Below, in pieces: positions 47,450-56,195 of a stretch of 64,000 bases of DNA. Numbering within the stretch: position 1 is the stretch's first letter; every line of letters starts with the position of its first letter. The position numbers and the translations under genes are program-made. Where the stretch lies: positions 1,014-65,013 of the forward strand of contig JAUIER010000001.1 in NCBI GenBank assembly GCA_030429765.1, read 5' to 3'. Source of the DNA: a bacterium. GTDB lineage: Bacteria > Omnitrophota > Gorgyraeia > Zapsychrales > Zapsychraceae. Under the pieces are notes generated by a model. That model made no database searches and was not told where the DNA came from. It saw only the letters and a list, made by a program, of their open reading frames with translations.

Positions 47450-48325
47450 ATGAAAAAATTAAAGTTGGGTTTACCCAAAGGCAGTTTGCAGGACGCGACG
47501 ATCAAGGTTTTTGGTCGAGCGGGATTCAAAATATACGTCAGAAGCCGGTCTTACTTTCCCAGTATCGACGATAGTGAAATCGAGCCGGTTCTGTTACGAG
47601 CTCAAGAGATGAGCCGATATGTTGAGGATGGAACGCTGGATTGCGGGATCACCGGTGCGGATTGGGTCATGGAAAACGGATCCAAGGTCAAATCACTGGC
47701 TGAGTTACATTACTCTAAACAGACATCCAACAAAGTCAGATGGGTGTTGGCCGTGCCGGAAGCATCAAAAATTAAATCGGTTAAAGATCTGCAGGGAAAA
47801 AAGATCGCGACCGAAGTTGTAGGGATTACCAAAAAATATTTACGTCAGCACAAGGTTAAAGCTGACGTCGAGTTCAGCTGGGGCGCGACCGAAGCCAAAG
47901 TCACATCAGGTCTCGTCGACGCTATCGTTGAACTTACCGAAACTGGAAGTAGTTTACGGGCGAACAAATTGCGTATTGTTGAGACATTATGCGAGTCCAA
48001 CACGCAGTTCGTCGCCAGCCGAGAGGCCATTGCTGACAAATGGAAGAAAGCCAAGATGGAGCAGATCATTATGTTGCTTCAAGGCGCGATGGCGGCTGAC
48101 AATATGGTTGGACTGAAAATGAACGTTCATTCCAAAAACGTAGACAAAATCAAAGATCTTCTTCCGTCGCTGAAAGAGCCGACAATCTCCCATCTTAGTG
48201 ATTCCAAATGGGTGGCGATTGAAACGGTGATTGATGAAGGGACGGTCAGAATTTTAATCCCTAAACTGAAACAAGCGGGCGCTGAAGGGATCATTGAATA
48301 TCCGCTTAACAAATTAATTTACTAG
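47450..48325 (+). CDS. hisG: ATP phosphoribosyltransferase, long form with a C-terminal regulatory domain
   Basis: '[12 protein letters not shown]' (equivalent to the E. coli 'DLVSTGATLEAN' PRPP loop). The C-terminal ~90 aa aligns to the HisG regulatory domain. Confidence 0.85.
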   Translation: MKKLKLGLPKGSLQDATIKVFGRAGFKIYVRSRSYFPSIDDSEIEPVLLRAQEMSRYVEDGTLDCGITGADWVMENGSKVKSLAELHYSKQTSNKVRWVLAVPEASKIKSVKDLQGKKIATEVVGITKKYLRQHKVKADVEFSWGATEAKVTSGLVDAIVELTETGSSLRANKLRIVETLCESNTQFVASREAIADKWKKAKMEQIIMLLQGAMAADNMVGLKMNVHSKNVDKIKDLLPSLKEPTISHLSDSKWVAIETVIDEGTVRILIPKLKQAGAEGIIEYPLNKLIY

Positions 48326-48341
48326 TCAAAGGTAGACGTTT

Positions 48342-48443
48342 ATGCCGTGCGGTAAGAAAAGAAAAAACAGAAAAATACGTACTCATAAGAGAAAAAAATT
48401 AAGAAAATCACTGCGTCATCTTAAAAAACGTGACTGGAAGTAA
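48342..48443 (+). CDS. Cryptic 33-aa extremely basic peptide ORF (MPCGKKRKNRKIRTHKRKKLRKSLRHLKKRDWK). It may equally be a non-coding A-rich spacer
   Basis: ATG-to-TAA ORF in the hisG/TPR intergenic region. 20 of 33 residues are K/R/H. Only a weak RBS. Confidence 0.25.
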   Translation: MPCGKKRKNRKIRTHKRKKLRKSLRHLKKRDWK

Positions 48444-48495
48444 TCATCGCTTTTAGCGGTGGATTATCTGACAGTTGAACACGAAGGTGGGAATC

Positions 48496-49521
48496 ATGCG
48501 AAGTACATCAGCAAAACAACTTTTGGTAGGTGTCATTGTTGGACTGGTGTTTCTTTGTCATGTGAATGCGGCTCAGGCATTTGTTTTTCAGGATCGTATC
48601 ACGACGGCCAAGGGGCTAGCCCACTACGCGATGGGGCAAATCTATGATTTACTGGGTCAGACCAAAAAAGCGGTCTTTGAGTACCAGCAGGCCGCTCAAT
48701 TTGATGAAGCCAACTATCTGATCCATCTTCGATTAGGCGCCGACTACGCGCGGCTGGACATGCTCACCCAGGCCAAGGAAGAGCTGAAGCTCGTCGGGAA
48801 ATATAATCCTGATGAACTACAGTCGCATTATCTGCTGGCGTTGATCTATTCCACGGAAAAAGATTACGACAGCGCCGCCCGAGAGTACGAGCACATCCTC
48901 AAAACCTTTTCAGACGCTGAACCGGGGAATATCGATATCTACGGATATCTCGGTCAGCTCTATTATTCTCAACGAAAATACAAACAAGCCATCAATCAGT
49001 TCGAAAAGATTCTGGAGCTTGAGCCGGAAAATCCGGATATCATGTACCTGCTCGGATCACTCTATTTGGAGATTGAAGATCAGCGCAAGGCGATTGAATT
49101 ATTGCAGCAGTCGATCGCGTTGGATCCGGAGCATGATGGCAGCCTCAACACACTCGGATACGTCTATGCGGAAACCGATCAGAGGCTTGATGAGGCGCAA
49201 AGTCTTGTTGAGCGCGCTCTGAAGGTCAGTCCAAACAATGGCGCGTACCTCGACAGTCTCGGGTGGGTTCTTTACAAACGCGGCCGGTACGAAGAGGCTC
49301 TGGAGACATTCAAGGAGGCAGACGCCCTGCTTAAAGATCCTGTCATTTACGACCATATGGGAGATACGTACTACAAGCTGAACAAGTTTGATGAAGCGAT
49401 AGAGCACTGGAAGATGTCGCTCGAGCTTCTGCCCGACCAAAAGAAAGTGCTTCAGAAAATTGAATCCACTCAAAGCATTCAGGCCCGAACCAATACAGTC
49501 TCCGAAACGGATCAGCCCTAG
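48496..49521 (+). CDS. Secreted TPR-repeat protein
   Basis: RBS AGGTGG, a signal peptide ending 'VNAAQA', and multiple TPR repeats. Confidence 0.75.
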   Translation: MRSTSAKQLLVGVIVGLVFLCHVNAAQAFVFQDRITTAKGLAHYAMGQIYDLLGQTKKAVFEYQQAAQFDEANYLIHLRLGADYARLDMLTQAKEELKLVGKYNPDELQSHYLLALIYSTEKDYDSAAREYEHILKTFSDAEPGNIDIYGYLGQLYYSQRKYKQAINQFEKILELEPENPDIMYLLGSLYLEIEDQRKAIELLQQSIALDPEHDGSLNTLGYVYAETDQRLDEAQSLVERALKVSPNNGAYLDSLGWVLYKRGRYEEALETFKEADALLKDPVIYDHMGDTYYKLNKFDEAIEHWKMSLELLPDQKKVLQKIESTQSIQARTNTVSETDQP

Positions 49522-49539
49522 GGTCTACGTCACTGTCTC

Positions 49540-50448
49540 ATGTCTCAACTGACCCTTAACGCCCCCGCCAAATTAAATCTTTATCTCAAAGTCATCAACA
49601 AACGACCCGACGGGTTTCACAATATCAAGACCCTGTTTGAACGGATCAACCTCATTGACCGGGTGGGTCTCAAAGATAACACCCGCGGAGAGATCCGTAT
49701 CACCTGCAATCATCCGCATGTGCCCTTGGGGTCCAAAAATCTGGTGTACCGTGTGGCGGACCTGATGCGGACCAACTACGGCATGCCGGACCGGGGTGTG
49801 GATATCGATATTCAGAAGGTGATCCCGGTGGCGGCGGGATTAGCGGGAGGTTCGACCAACGCGGCGGCCGTTATTATGGGGCTGAACCGGTTGTGGAGGC
49901 TGAAGCTTCAGCACAAGGATTTAATTGCCATCGCCCGACAGATTGGCAGTGACGTCCCGTTTTTCCTGTACGATACCAGCTGGGCGATGGGGACGGAGCG
50001 CGGCGATAAAATCCGTCCATTGAAGATCGACCGGAAATTATGGCATATTTTGGTGGTCCCAAAGGTCAAGATGCATACACCCAAAGTGTACGGCGCCATA
50101 AAGATAGGAAAAAAAGAGGGTCAGGGAAATATTGGCGGATCCGAGGGCACGAATTTGTTGACAAAGCCAGGTGATAATGCTAATATTCTTGTTCATAAAT
50201 TACGAAATAGTAATATAATAAATATTAGTTCTTTGTTATATAACGACTTGGAAAAAGTTGTTGTACAGATTTGTCCAAGAATCAAAAAATTGAAAGAAAA
50301 ACTAAAGTCGTTGAATGCTATGGGGGTTACTGTTTCAGGCAGCGGCCCTAGCGTGTATGGCTTAACGGATTCAGAAACAGCAGCCAAGCAAATACAAGCC
50401 CAATTATCGAACCGTTATACACAGGTATTTGTTGTTCGGACTTTTTGA
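49540..50448 (+). CDS. ispE: 4-diphosphocytidyl-2-C-methyl-D-erythritol kinase
   Basis: 'APAKLNLYLKV...RPDGFH' and 'PVAAGLAGGSTNAAAV' GHMP-kinase motifs. It contains an AT-rich N/I/K-rich insertion near residues 185-235. Confidence 0.9.
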   Translation: MSQLTLNAPAKLNLYLKVINKRPDGFHNIKTLFERINLIDRVGLKDNTRGEIRITCNHPHVPLGSKNLVYRVADLMRTNYGMPDRGVDIDIQKVIPVAAGLAGGSTNAAAVIMGLNRLWRLKLQHKDLIAIARQIGSDVPFFLYDTSWAMGTERGDKIRPLKIDRKLWHILVVPKVKMHTPKVYGAIKIGKKEGQGNIGGSEGTNLLTKPGDNANILVHKLRNSNIINISSLLYNDLEKVVVQICPRIKKLKEKLKSLNAMGVTVSGSGPSVYGLTDSETAAKQIQAQLSNRYTQVFVVRTF

Positions 50449-50494
50449 TTCTACTTATGATGAATAAGCGGAGCAAAAACACGAAGGAGCAATT

Positions 50495-50908
50495 ATGGAG
50501 ATTACGGAAATTCGAGTATTTCCAAAAGAGGGGCAAGATAAAAAGCTAAAAGCCTATACCACGGTTACATTTGATAATGCTTTTGTCGTCAGGAACATAA
50601 AAATTATTCAGGGATCGAGCGGGCTGTTTATCGCCATGCCGTCTCGAAAAATGAAGTTCTCTTGCCTGAAATGTGGTTTCAAGAACGAAGTGGGCAGTAA
50701 ATATTGTAATCAATGCGGAGGCACGTTGCAAGGTCCAGGCTCTGGTGGCGGTCCAGATGATCGAACGGATGCGAAGTCGGAACATCGGGATATAGCACAT
50801 CCCATTACCCAGCAGTTTCGTGAGTATCTTCAAGAGCAAATCATTGAGGCCTACCGTAAAGAATCAGAGAATCCCAGTTCAGTTGGTTCGATCCAGGGAG
50901 CTTCATAG
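50495..50908 (+). CDS. spoVG: SpoVG with an internal zinc-ribbon insertion and a C-terminal extension
   Basis: The canonical 'MEITEIRVFPKEG...IAMPSRK' and 'RDIAHPI' are present. Between them sits 'FSCLKCGF...SKYCNQCGG' (CxxC...CxxC). 137 aa, versus ~95-100 aa for typical SpoVG. Confidence 0.8.
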   Translation: MEITEIRVFPKEGQDKKLKAYTTVTFDNAFVVRNIKIIQGSSGLFIAMPSRKMKFSCLKCGFKNEVGSKYCNQCGGTLQGPGSGGGPDDRTDAKSEHRDIAHPITQQFREYLQEQIIEAYRKESENPSSVGSIQGAS

Positions 50909-50939
50909 ACGTTCACATTTATTGACTTAGTTAAATTTT

Positions 50940-51011
50940 TGCCCGGTGGTGTAATTGGTAACACAGCAGAATTTGGATCTGCTTTTCCAGGTTCGAGTCC
51001 TGGCTGGGCAG
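50940..51011 (+). tRNA. tRNA-Gln (anticodon UUG)
   Basis: The cloverleaf was folded by hand. A 7-bp acceptor with a U1·A72 pair, D-stem GTGT/ACAC, anticodon stem GCAGA/TCTGC, loop aUUUGGa, T-arm CCAGG-TTCGAGT-CCTGG, and discriminator G. No CCA is encoded. Confidence 0.85.
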
Positions 51012-51058
51012 CTTTATTTCGAAGGGTTATTGTTGGCGAATAGCGATATCACAGACTC

Positions 51059-52318
51059 ATGAAAGATCTTAGAACAATTATTTTAGCGGCCGGTAAGGGA
51101 ACCCGGATGAAGTCAGATGTTCCCAAGGTATTACATCAAGTTTGCGGCGTTCCTATCATCCAATACGTCCTGGATGTGACCAAGGCTGTCGGATCCGAAA
51201 AAAATTACGTCGTTCTCGGTCACAAAAGTGATACCATCCAGAATTATCTTCCCGACGATATCATCACAGTACAACAGAAAAAACTTCTTGGCACAGCGGA
51301 TGCTGTTCGCTCGACGGAGAGTCAACTTAAATCATACCGCGGGGATGTCCTGATTCTATGCGGTGACACCCCTTTGCTGACACGTGAGACGATCAAAAGT
51401 TTGGTCAAAAAACACCGGAGTGCGAAGAATTCATGTACTTTCCTAACCGGCGTGGTGCACGAGCCGCAGGGGTATGGACGGATTATTCGTGATCAGAAAG
51501 GTCGGCCAGTGGCGATCCGGGAAGACAAGGATGCATCGGGATTGGAACGCGAAATCGCCGAGATCAATGCCGGCGTTTATTGTTTCCAGTCGCGTGATCT
51601 TTTTGAAATGCTGAATCTTGTCGAGAAAAATCCGCTGAAAAAAGAATTTTATCTGACGGATGTGATCGAGCTGTTAACCGATCGCGGGAAAAAAGTCCAG
51701 ACCATTCAGACCGAAAATTTTTCAGAAACGCTGGGGGTCAATTCACGGGCGGATCTGGCACAGTCCGAAGCGGTGATTCGTCGTCGTATACTAAATGAGT
51801 GCATGAACAAGGGCGTCAGCATTATCGATCCCAACACGACTTATATCAATGCAGATGTTAAGATCGGGCGTGATACAGTCATCAAGCCGTTTACAGTGAT
51901 CGAGAGTGATGTCCGTGTCGGTGAAAACTGTTCAATCGGACCATTCGCCCGATTAAGACCGGGCACACGGATCGGTAATAGTGTCGAAATAGGAAATTTT
52001 TCTGAAGTATCGCGGACCAAGATTGGTGAGTCATCGATCATGAAGCATTTTGGATTTTTGGGCGACACGACCGTCGGTAAACATGTAAATGTCGGAGCCG
52101 GCACCGTGACGGCTAATTATGACGGTGAGAACAAGAATCCGACCAAAATCGCCGACGGCGCATTTATCGGATCAGATTCGATCCTGGTGGCTCCTGTCAA
52201 AGTCGGTAAAAAGGCTGTCGTCGGAGCGGGCAGTGTCGTGGTCAAAACAAATCTTCCCGATAACAGTATCGCGATGGGAGTTCCAGCGCGGGTCACCAAA
52301 CGGAGAGAAAGTTCATGA
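51059..52318 (+). CDS. glmU: Bifunctional UDP-GlcNAc pyrophosphorylase / GlcN-1-P acetyltransferase
   Basis: 'ILAAGKGTRMKSDVPKVLH' uridyltransferase N-terminus and a C-terminal hexapeptide LbH domain. 419 aa. Confidence 0.85.
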   Translation: MKDLRTIILAAGKGTRMKSDVPKVLHQVCGVPIIQYVLDVTKAVGSEKNYVVLGHKSDTIQNYLPDDIITVQQKKLLGTADAVRSTESQLKSYRGDVLILCGDTPLLTRETIKSLVKKHRSAKNSCTFLTGVVHEPQGYGRIIRDQKGRPVAIREDKDASGLEREIAEINAGVYCFQSRDLFEMLNLVEKNPLKKEFYLTDVIELLTDRGKKVQTIQTENFSETLGVNSRADLAQSEAVIRRRILNECMNKGVSIIDPNTTYINADVKIGRDTVIKPFTVIESDVRVGENCSIGPFARLRPGTRIGNSVEIGNFSEVSRTKIGESSIMKHFGFLGDTTVGKHVNVGAGTVTANYDGENKNPTKIADGAFIGSDSILVAPVKVGKKAVVGAGSVVVKTNLPDNSIAMGVPARVTKRRESS

Positions 52319-53265
52319 ACGGTTTGGCAATATGTACAGGAAACGCCAATAAGGCCCTGGCCAAGGGGATTTGTAAGCACCTCGGAACCCACTTAACTGA
52401 CGTGCTGGTTAGTAAATTCAGCGAAGGTGAAGTGCGTGTCCAGATAGAGGAAAATATCCGCGGCAAGGACGTTTTTATCGTCCAGCCGACGTGTCCGCCG
52501 ACGAATGATAATCTGATGGAATTGTTGATTATGATCGATGCGGCTCGACGGGCGTCGGCTAAACGGATTACGGCAGTGTTGCCCTATTACGGATATGCCC
52601 GCCAAGACCGCAAAGATCAGCCCAGGGTGCCGATCACGGCTAAGCTGGTGGCTAATCTTATTGTGGCGGCCGGTGCGAAAAGAGTATTGACGATGGATCT
52701 GCACGCCAATCAGATTCAGGGATTTTTTGATATTCCCGTTGACCATTTGTACGGGATCAATGAACTGTGCGATTACTTTATCGATAAGAAGCTGAAAAAT
52801 TTAGTCGTCGTATCCCCCGATGTCGGTGGTATCAAGATGGCCCGGGCCTATGCGAAGCGCTTGGGCGCGGGGCTGGCGATCGTCGACAAACGTCGGGATA
52901 ATCCGGAAAAAACGGAGGTCATGCATATCCTGGGTAATGTCAAAGGCAAGAATGCCGTTCTCGTCGATGACATTGTGGCCACAGCCGGTTCACTGGTTGA
53001 GGCCATTGGAGCCCTCAAAAAGAAAGGCGTGAAGGATGTTTATGCCGCGATCAGTCACGGTATTTTATCGGGACCGGCGGTGTCACGGATTAAGGCCTGT
53101 AAAGATCTAAAGGAACTGGTTATCACGGACAGTATCCCATTGACCAAATCAAAGAAAATCAAAAATATAACGGCTGTCACAGTTGCCTCGCTTCTGGCTG
53201 AGGCGATTCAGCGGATTCATAACGAGGAATCAATCAGCTGTTTGTTTGATGAAACAACGCGGTAA
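52315..53265 (+). CDS. prs: Ribose-phosphate pyrophosphokinase
   Basis: 'YYGYARQDRK' and the PRPP-binding 'VVSPDVGG' / 'DDIVATAGS'. Confidence 0.95.
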   Translation: MNGLAICTGNANKALAKGICKHLGTHLTDVLVSKFSEGEVRVQIEENIRGKDVFIVQPTCPPTNDNLMELLIMIDAARRASAKRITAVLPYYGYARQDRKDQPRVPITAKLVANLIVAAGAKRVLTMDLHANQIQGFFDIPVDHLYGINELCDYFIDKKLKNLVVVSPDVGGIKMARAYAKRLGAGLAIVDKRRDNPEKTEVMHILGNVKGKNAVLVDDIVATAGSLVEAIGALKKKGVKDVYAAISHGILSGPAVSRIKACKDLKELVITDSIPLTKSKKIKNITAVTVASLLAEAIQRIHNEESISCLFDETTR

Positions 53266-53283
53266 AAAAAGGAATGAATTAAA

Positions 53284-53946
53284 ATGGAAGAGATTACATT
53301 GGATGTACAAATCAGAAATGAAGTAGGGCGTCGGCAGTTACGTGCGGTTCGTGATCGCGATCAAATTCCAGCAGTTGTCTACGGCGGAGATAAGGAGCCA
53401 ACAAATATTGAAGTTGATCGCCGATCGTTTGAAAAGATTATGCGGGCTCATCACGGACAAAGCGTTGTCTTTCATATCAATGTTCACGAGGGTGACAAAA
53501 AATTGCGCGATTATTCGGCCATTGTCAAAGACGAACAGTTTCATCCGTTAGCTGAAAATCTGCTGCATCTTGATTTTCAGAGAATTTCACTCAAAGAGGA
53601 ACTGGAAGTAGCGGTTCAAGTTGTCTTGACCGGAGAAGCGATAGGAGTCAAGCGGGACGGCGGATCGCTGGATCAGCCGATGCATGAGCTGGAAGTTATC
53701 TGTCTACCGACAAATATTCCCGAGAAAATTGAGGTGGATGTTTCGGCCCTTGAAATTGGGGACGCGATTCACGTAAGCGATATAACTCTACCGGCTAAAG
53801 TTAAGACCAAAGAGGATCCGGAAGCGATGGTCGCGTCAGTGGTTCCGCCAATGAAGGACGAAGAGGCGATCGCCGCTGAAGGTGAAGAAGTGACTGAACC
53901 AGAAGTGACCAAAGAGAAGAAGAAAGACGAAGCGGCCGAAGGGTAA
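53284..53946 (+). CDS. rplY: Ribosomal protein bL25 / general stress protein Ctc, with an acidic C-terminal extension
   Basis: 'RRQLRAVRDRDQIPAVVYGG' L25 N-terminus. 220 aa. Confidence 0.85.
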   Translation: MEEITLDVQIRNEVGRRQLRAVRDRDQIPAVVYGGDKEPTNIEVDRRSFEKIMRAHHGQSVVFHINVHEGDKKLRDYSAIVKDEQFHPLAENLLHLDFQRISLKEELEVAVQVVLTGEAIGVKRDGGSLDQPMHELEVICLPTNIPEKIEVDVSALEIGDAIHVSDITLPAKVKTKEDPEAMVASVVPPMKDEEAIAAEGEEVTEPEVTKEKKKDEAAEG

Positions 53947-53995
53947 GCATTCCCTGGTCCGGTTTTTTCAGATCAGTTAAATGTGTTAACAGGCG

Positions 53996-54583
53996 GTGCA
54001 TGTCTTGTCGGAAACAAAGGTTATTGTTGGTTTAGGAAATCCAGGCCCGCAATACGAGTACACAAGACACAATTTAGGGTTTCTGGCTGTTCAGCGAATA
54101 GCTGAGCAGCATCAATTGAAATTCGGGTTGAGTTCTTTTGCAAATGGTTTGACAGCGCAGGGTGATATAGAAGGACAGCAGGTTTGTCTGCTTCTGCCGC
54201 TCACTTACATGAATAATTCGGGAGTGGCTGTTCGGCAGGTCTTAAAGCATACACAGGCTGAGCTCAGCAATTTACTGGTTGTCTGTGATGATTTAAACCT
54301 AAAGTATGAGGGAATCCGGATTCGTCCGTCAGGAAGTGACGGCGGAAACAACGGTTTAAAATCGATTATAGCCCGGCTTCAAACGCGCGAGTTTTCCCGG
54401 TTGCGTTTGGGAATAGGCCGGCCATCCAATAGTGATGACACGGTCGATTATGTTTTATCGGAGTTCAGTAAAGAGGAACAAGCCTCTCTCAAGGATTTTG
54501 TTGAAACAGCAGCACAATGCAGTGCTGTATGGCTGAAAGAGGGAATTGCCAAAGCGATGGATCAATTTAACAAAAGGAAATAA
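53996..54583 (+). CDS. pth: Peptidyl-tRNA hydrolase
   Basis: 'VIVGLGNPGPQYEYTRHNLG'. A GTG or TTG start (53996 or 54005). Confidence 0.9.
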   Translation: MHVLSETKVIVGLGNPGPQYEYTRHNLGFLAVQRIAEQHQLKFGLSSFANGLTAQGDIEGQQVCLLLPLTYMNNSGVAVRQVLKHTQAELSNLLVVCDDLNLKYEGIRIRPSGSDGGNNGLKSIIARLQTREFSRLRLGIGRPSNSDDTVDYVLSEFSKEEQASLKDFVETAAQCSAVWLKEGIAKAMDQFNKRK

Positions 54584-54584
54584 A

Positions 54585-54923
54585 ATGGATAATTCGAATA
54601 CAACAAAAAAATACGAACTTATGGTTATCGTGGATGCACATTTGTCGCAGGACGAAAAAGACAGCATCCTCAAAGAAATTGATGGAGAAATTTCAAAAGC
54701 CGGCGGAAAGACAGTCAACACGCAAACATGGTTTGAAAAGCAGAAGTTTACGTTTGAGATCAAGAAAAAGAAAGAGGGAACATACTACTTGATCAATTTT
54801 GAAGCTGAGAAACCAGCAATCGCTAAACTCAATGCCTTCTTACGTCTATATGAAAAAGTATTGCGTGGGCTTATACTGGAAGTTGAAAAACACTCTGTAA
54901 AAGAGCAAGCCGCCCAAGTGTAA
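54585..54923 (+). CDS. rpsF: Ribosomal protein bS6
   Basis: 'KKYELMVIVDAHLSQDE' S6 N-terminus. The ATG is directly after the pth stop (track start 54546 is upstream). Confidence 0.85.
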   Translation: MDNSNTTKKYELMVIVDAHLSQDEKDSILKEIDGEISKAGGKTVNTQTWFEKQKFTFEIKKKKEGTYYLINFEAEKPAIAKLNAFLRLYEKVLRGLILEVEKHSVKEQAAQV

Positions 54924-54994
54924 GGTTCACACCTCACAAATTGCCAAGATCTAACTAATACTAACAGCTTTCATTAGATTGTAAGGAGAAACTA

Positions 54995-55438
54995 ATGGCG
55001 AATTTAAACAAAGTATTTCTTATCGGCAACCTGACAAGAGATCCAGAGCTCAGATATACCCCAGGTGGAACTGCTGTGGCCAACCTAGGAATTGCCGTTA
55101 ATCGCCGATTTAAAGATAGCTCCGGTGAGCTCAAGGAAGAGGTATGCTTCCTTACGGTCACTGTGTGGGACAAGCAAGCGGAAGCCTGCTGCCAGTATCT
55201 CACCAAAGGACGACCGGTGTTTGTAGAAGGTGTATTGCAATCCCGATTTTGGGAAACATCAGACGGACAAAAACGAAGTGCAATTGATGTGCGTGCGGAG
55301 CGGGTTCAGTTTCTTGGAAACTACGGAAACTCCAAGGACAAATCTGCCGACAACGCGTCGGACATCGAAGGTGAATTGGTTGACGTCGGAAGTTCGGGCG
55401 ATACCATCAAGCCTGAAGACATTGCTTGGGATGAATAG
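54995..55438 (+). CDS. ssb: Single-stranded DNA-binding protein
   Basis: 'LNKVFLIGNLTRDPELRYTPGGTAVANLGIAVNRRF' OB-fold. An acidic C-terminus ending 'DIAWDE'. Confidence 0.9.
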   Translation: MANLNKVFLIGNLTRDPELRYTPGGTAVANLGIAVNRRFKDSSGELKEEVCFLTVTVWDKQAEACCQYLTKGRPVFVEGVLQSRFWETSDGQKRSAIDVRAERVQFLGNYGNSKDKSADNASDIEGELVDVGSSGDTIKPEDIAWDE

Positions 55439-55458
55439 GTAAAAATTGGAGAAATTAG

Positions 55459-55710
55459 ATGACCGCATTTAAAAGGACAAAACGAAGATTTAACAACCGG
55501 CCTAAATTATCGGCCAAATATCAATTGCCAAAAGACGCGGTAATTGATTACAAAAACTTGCCGTTGATCCAGCGATATATCAACGACCGCGGGAAATTGG
55601 TTCCTCGTCGTATATCGGGCCTCACGGCTAAAGAGCAGCGTCAGATTTCGATCGCTGTCAAAAGAGCGCGGTTTATGTCCCTGTTGACGACAGGCGGCGT
55701 ACGACGCTAA
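55459..55710 (+). CDS. rpsR: Ribosomal protein bS18
   Basis: 'IDYKNLPLIQRYINDRGKLVPRRISGLTAKEQR'. Confidence 0.9.
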   Translation: MTAFKRTKRRFNNRPKLSAKYQLPKDAVIDYKNLPLIQRYINDRGKLVPRRISGLTAKEQRQISIAVKRARFMSLLTTGGVRR

Positions 55711-55751
55711 ATTTTGGTTGAACGATTACTACAATAGCAGGGAATCCAGAA

Positions 55752-56195
55752 ATGAAAGTAATACTTACACATGATGTCAAGCATTTGGGAAGAGTCGGGG
55801 ATGTTGTCAAAGTCAAAGATGGATATGCCCGCAACATGCTTTTACCCAGAAATTTGGCCTATCTTGCAACTCCGGAAAACCTCAAGCGTATTGAAAAGCA
55901 GCAGAAACTGCGGGCGGACCAGTATGCTGAAGAAAAGGCTAAAGCCGAACAATTAGCTGAGCAGTTGGCGAAAGCCTCGGCCACAGTTAATGTCGAAGTC
56001 AATGATCTTGAAAAGTTATATGGTTCTATTTCCGAAACTGACGTTGTCAAGGCGTTAGAACAGGAAGGGTTTACTATTGATAAGAAAGACGTGATCTTCG
56101 AACAGCCTATTGAAGAGCTGGGTATTTTCGAGGTCGGAGTTAAACTTCATTCAGAAGTGACAGCAAAGATCAGGTTATGGGTAACCAAGAAGTAA
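55752..56195 (+). CDS. rplI: Ribosomal protein bL9
   Basis: 'MKVILTHDVKHLGRVGDVVKVKDGYARNMLLPRNLA'. Confidence 0.9.
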   Translation: MKVILTHDVKHLGRVGDVVKVKDGYARNMLLPRNLAYLATPENLKRIEKQQKLRADQYAEEKAKAEQLAEQLAKASATVNVEVNDLEKLYGSISETDVVKALEQEGFTIDKKDVIFEQPIEELGIFEVGVKLHSEVTAKIRLWVTKK

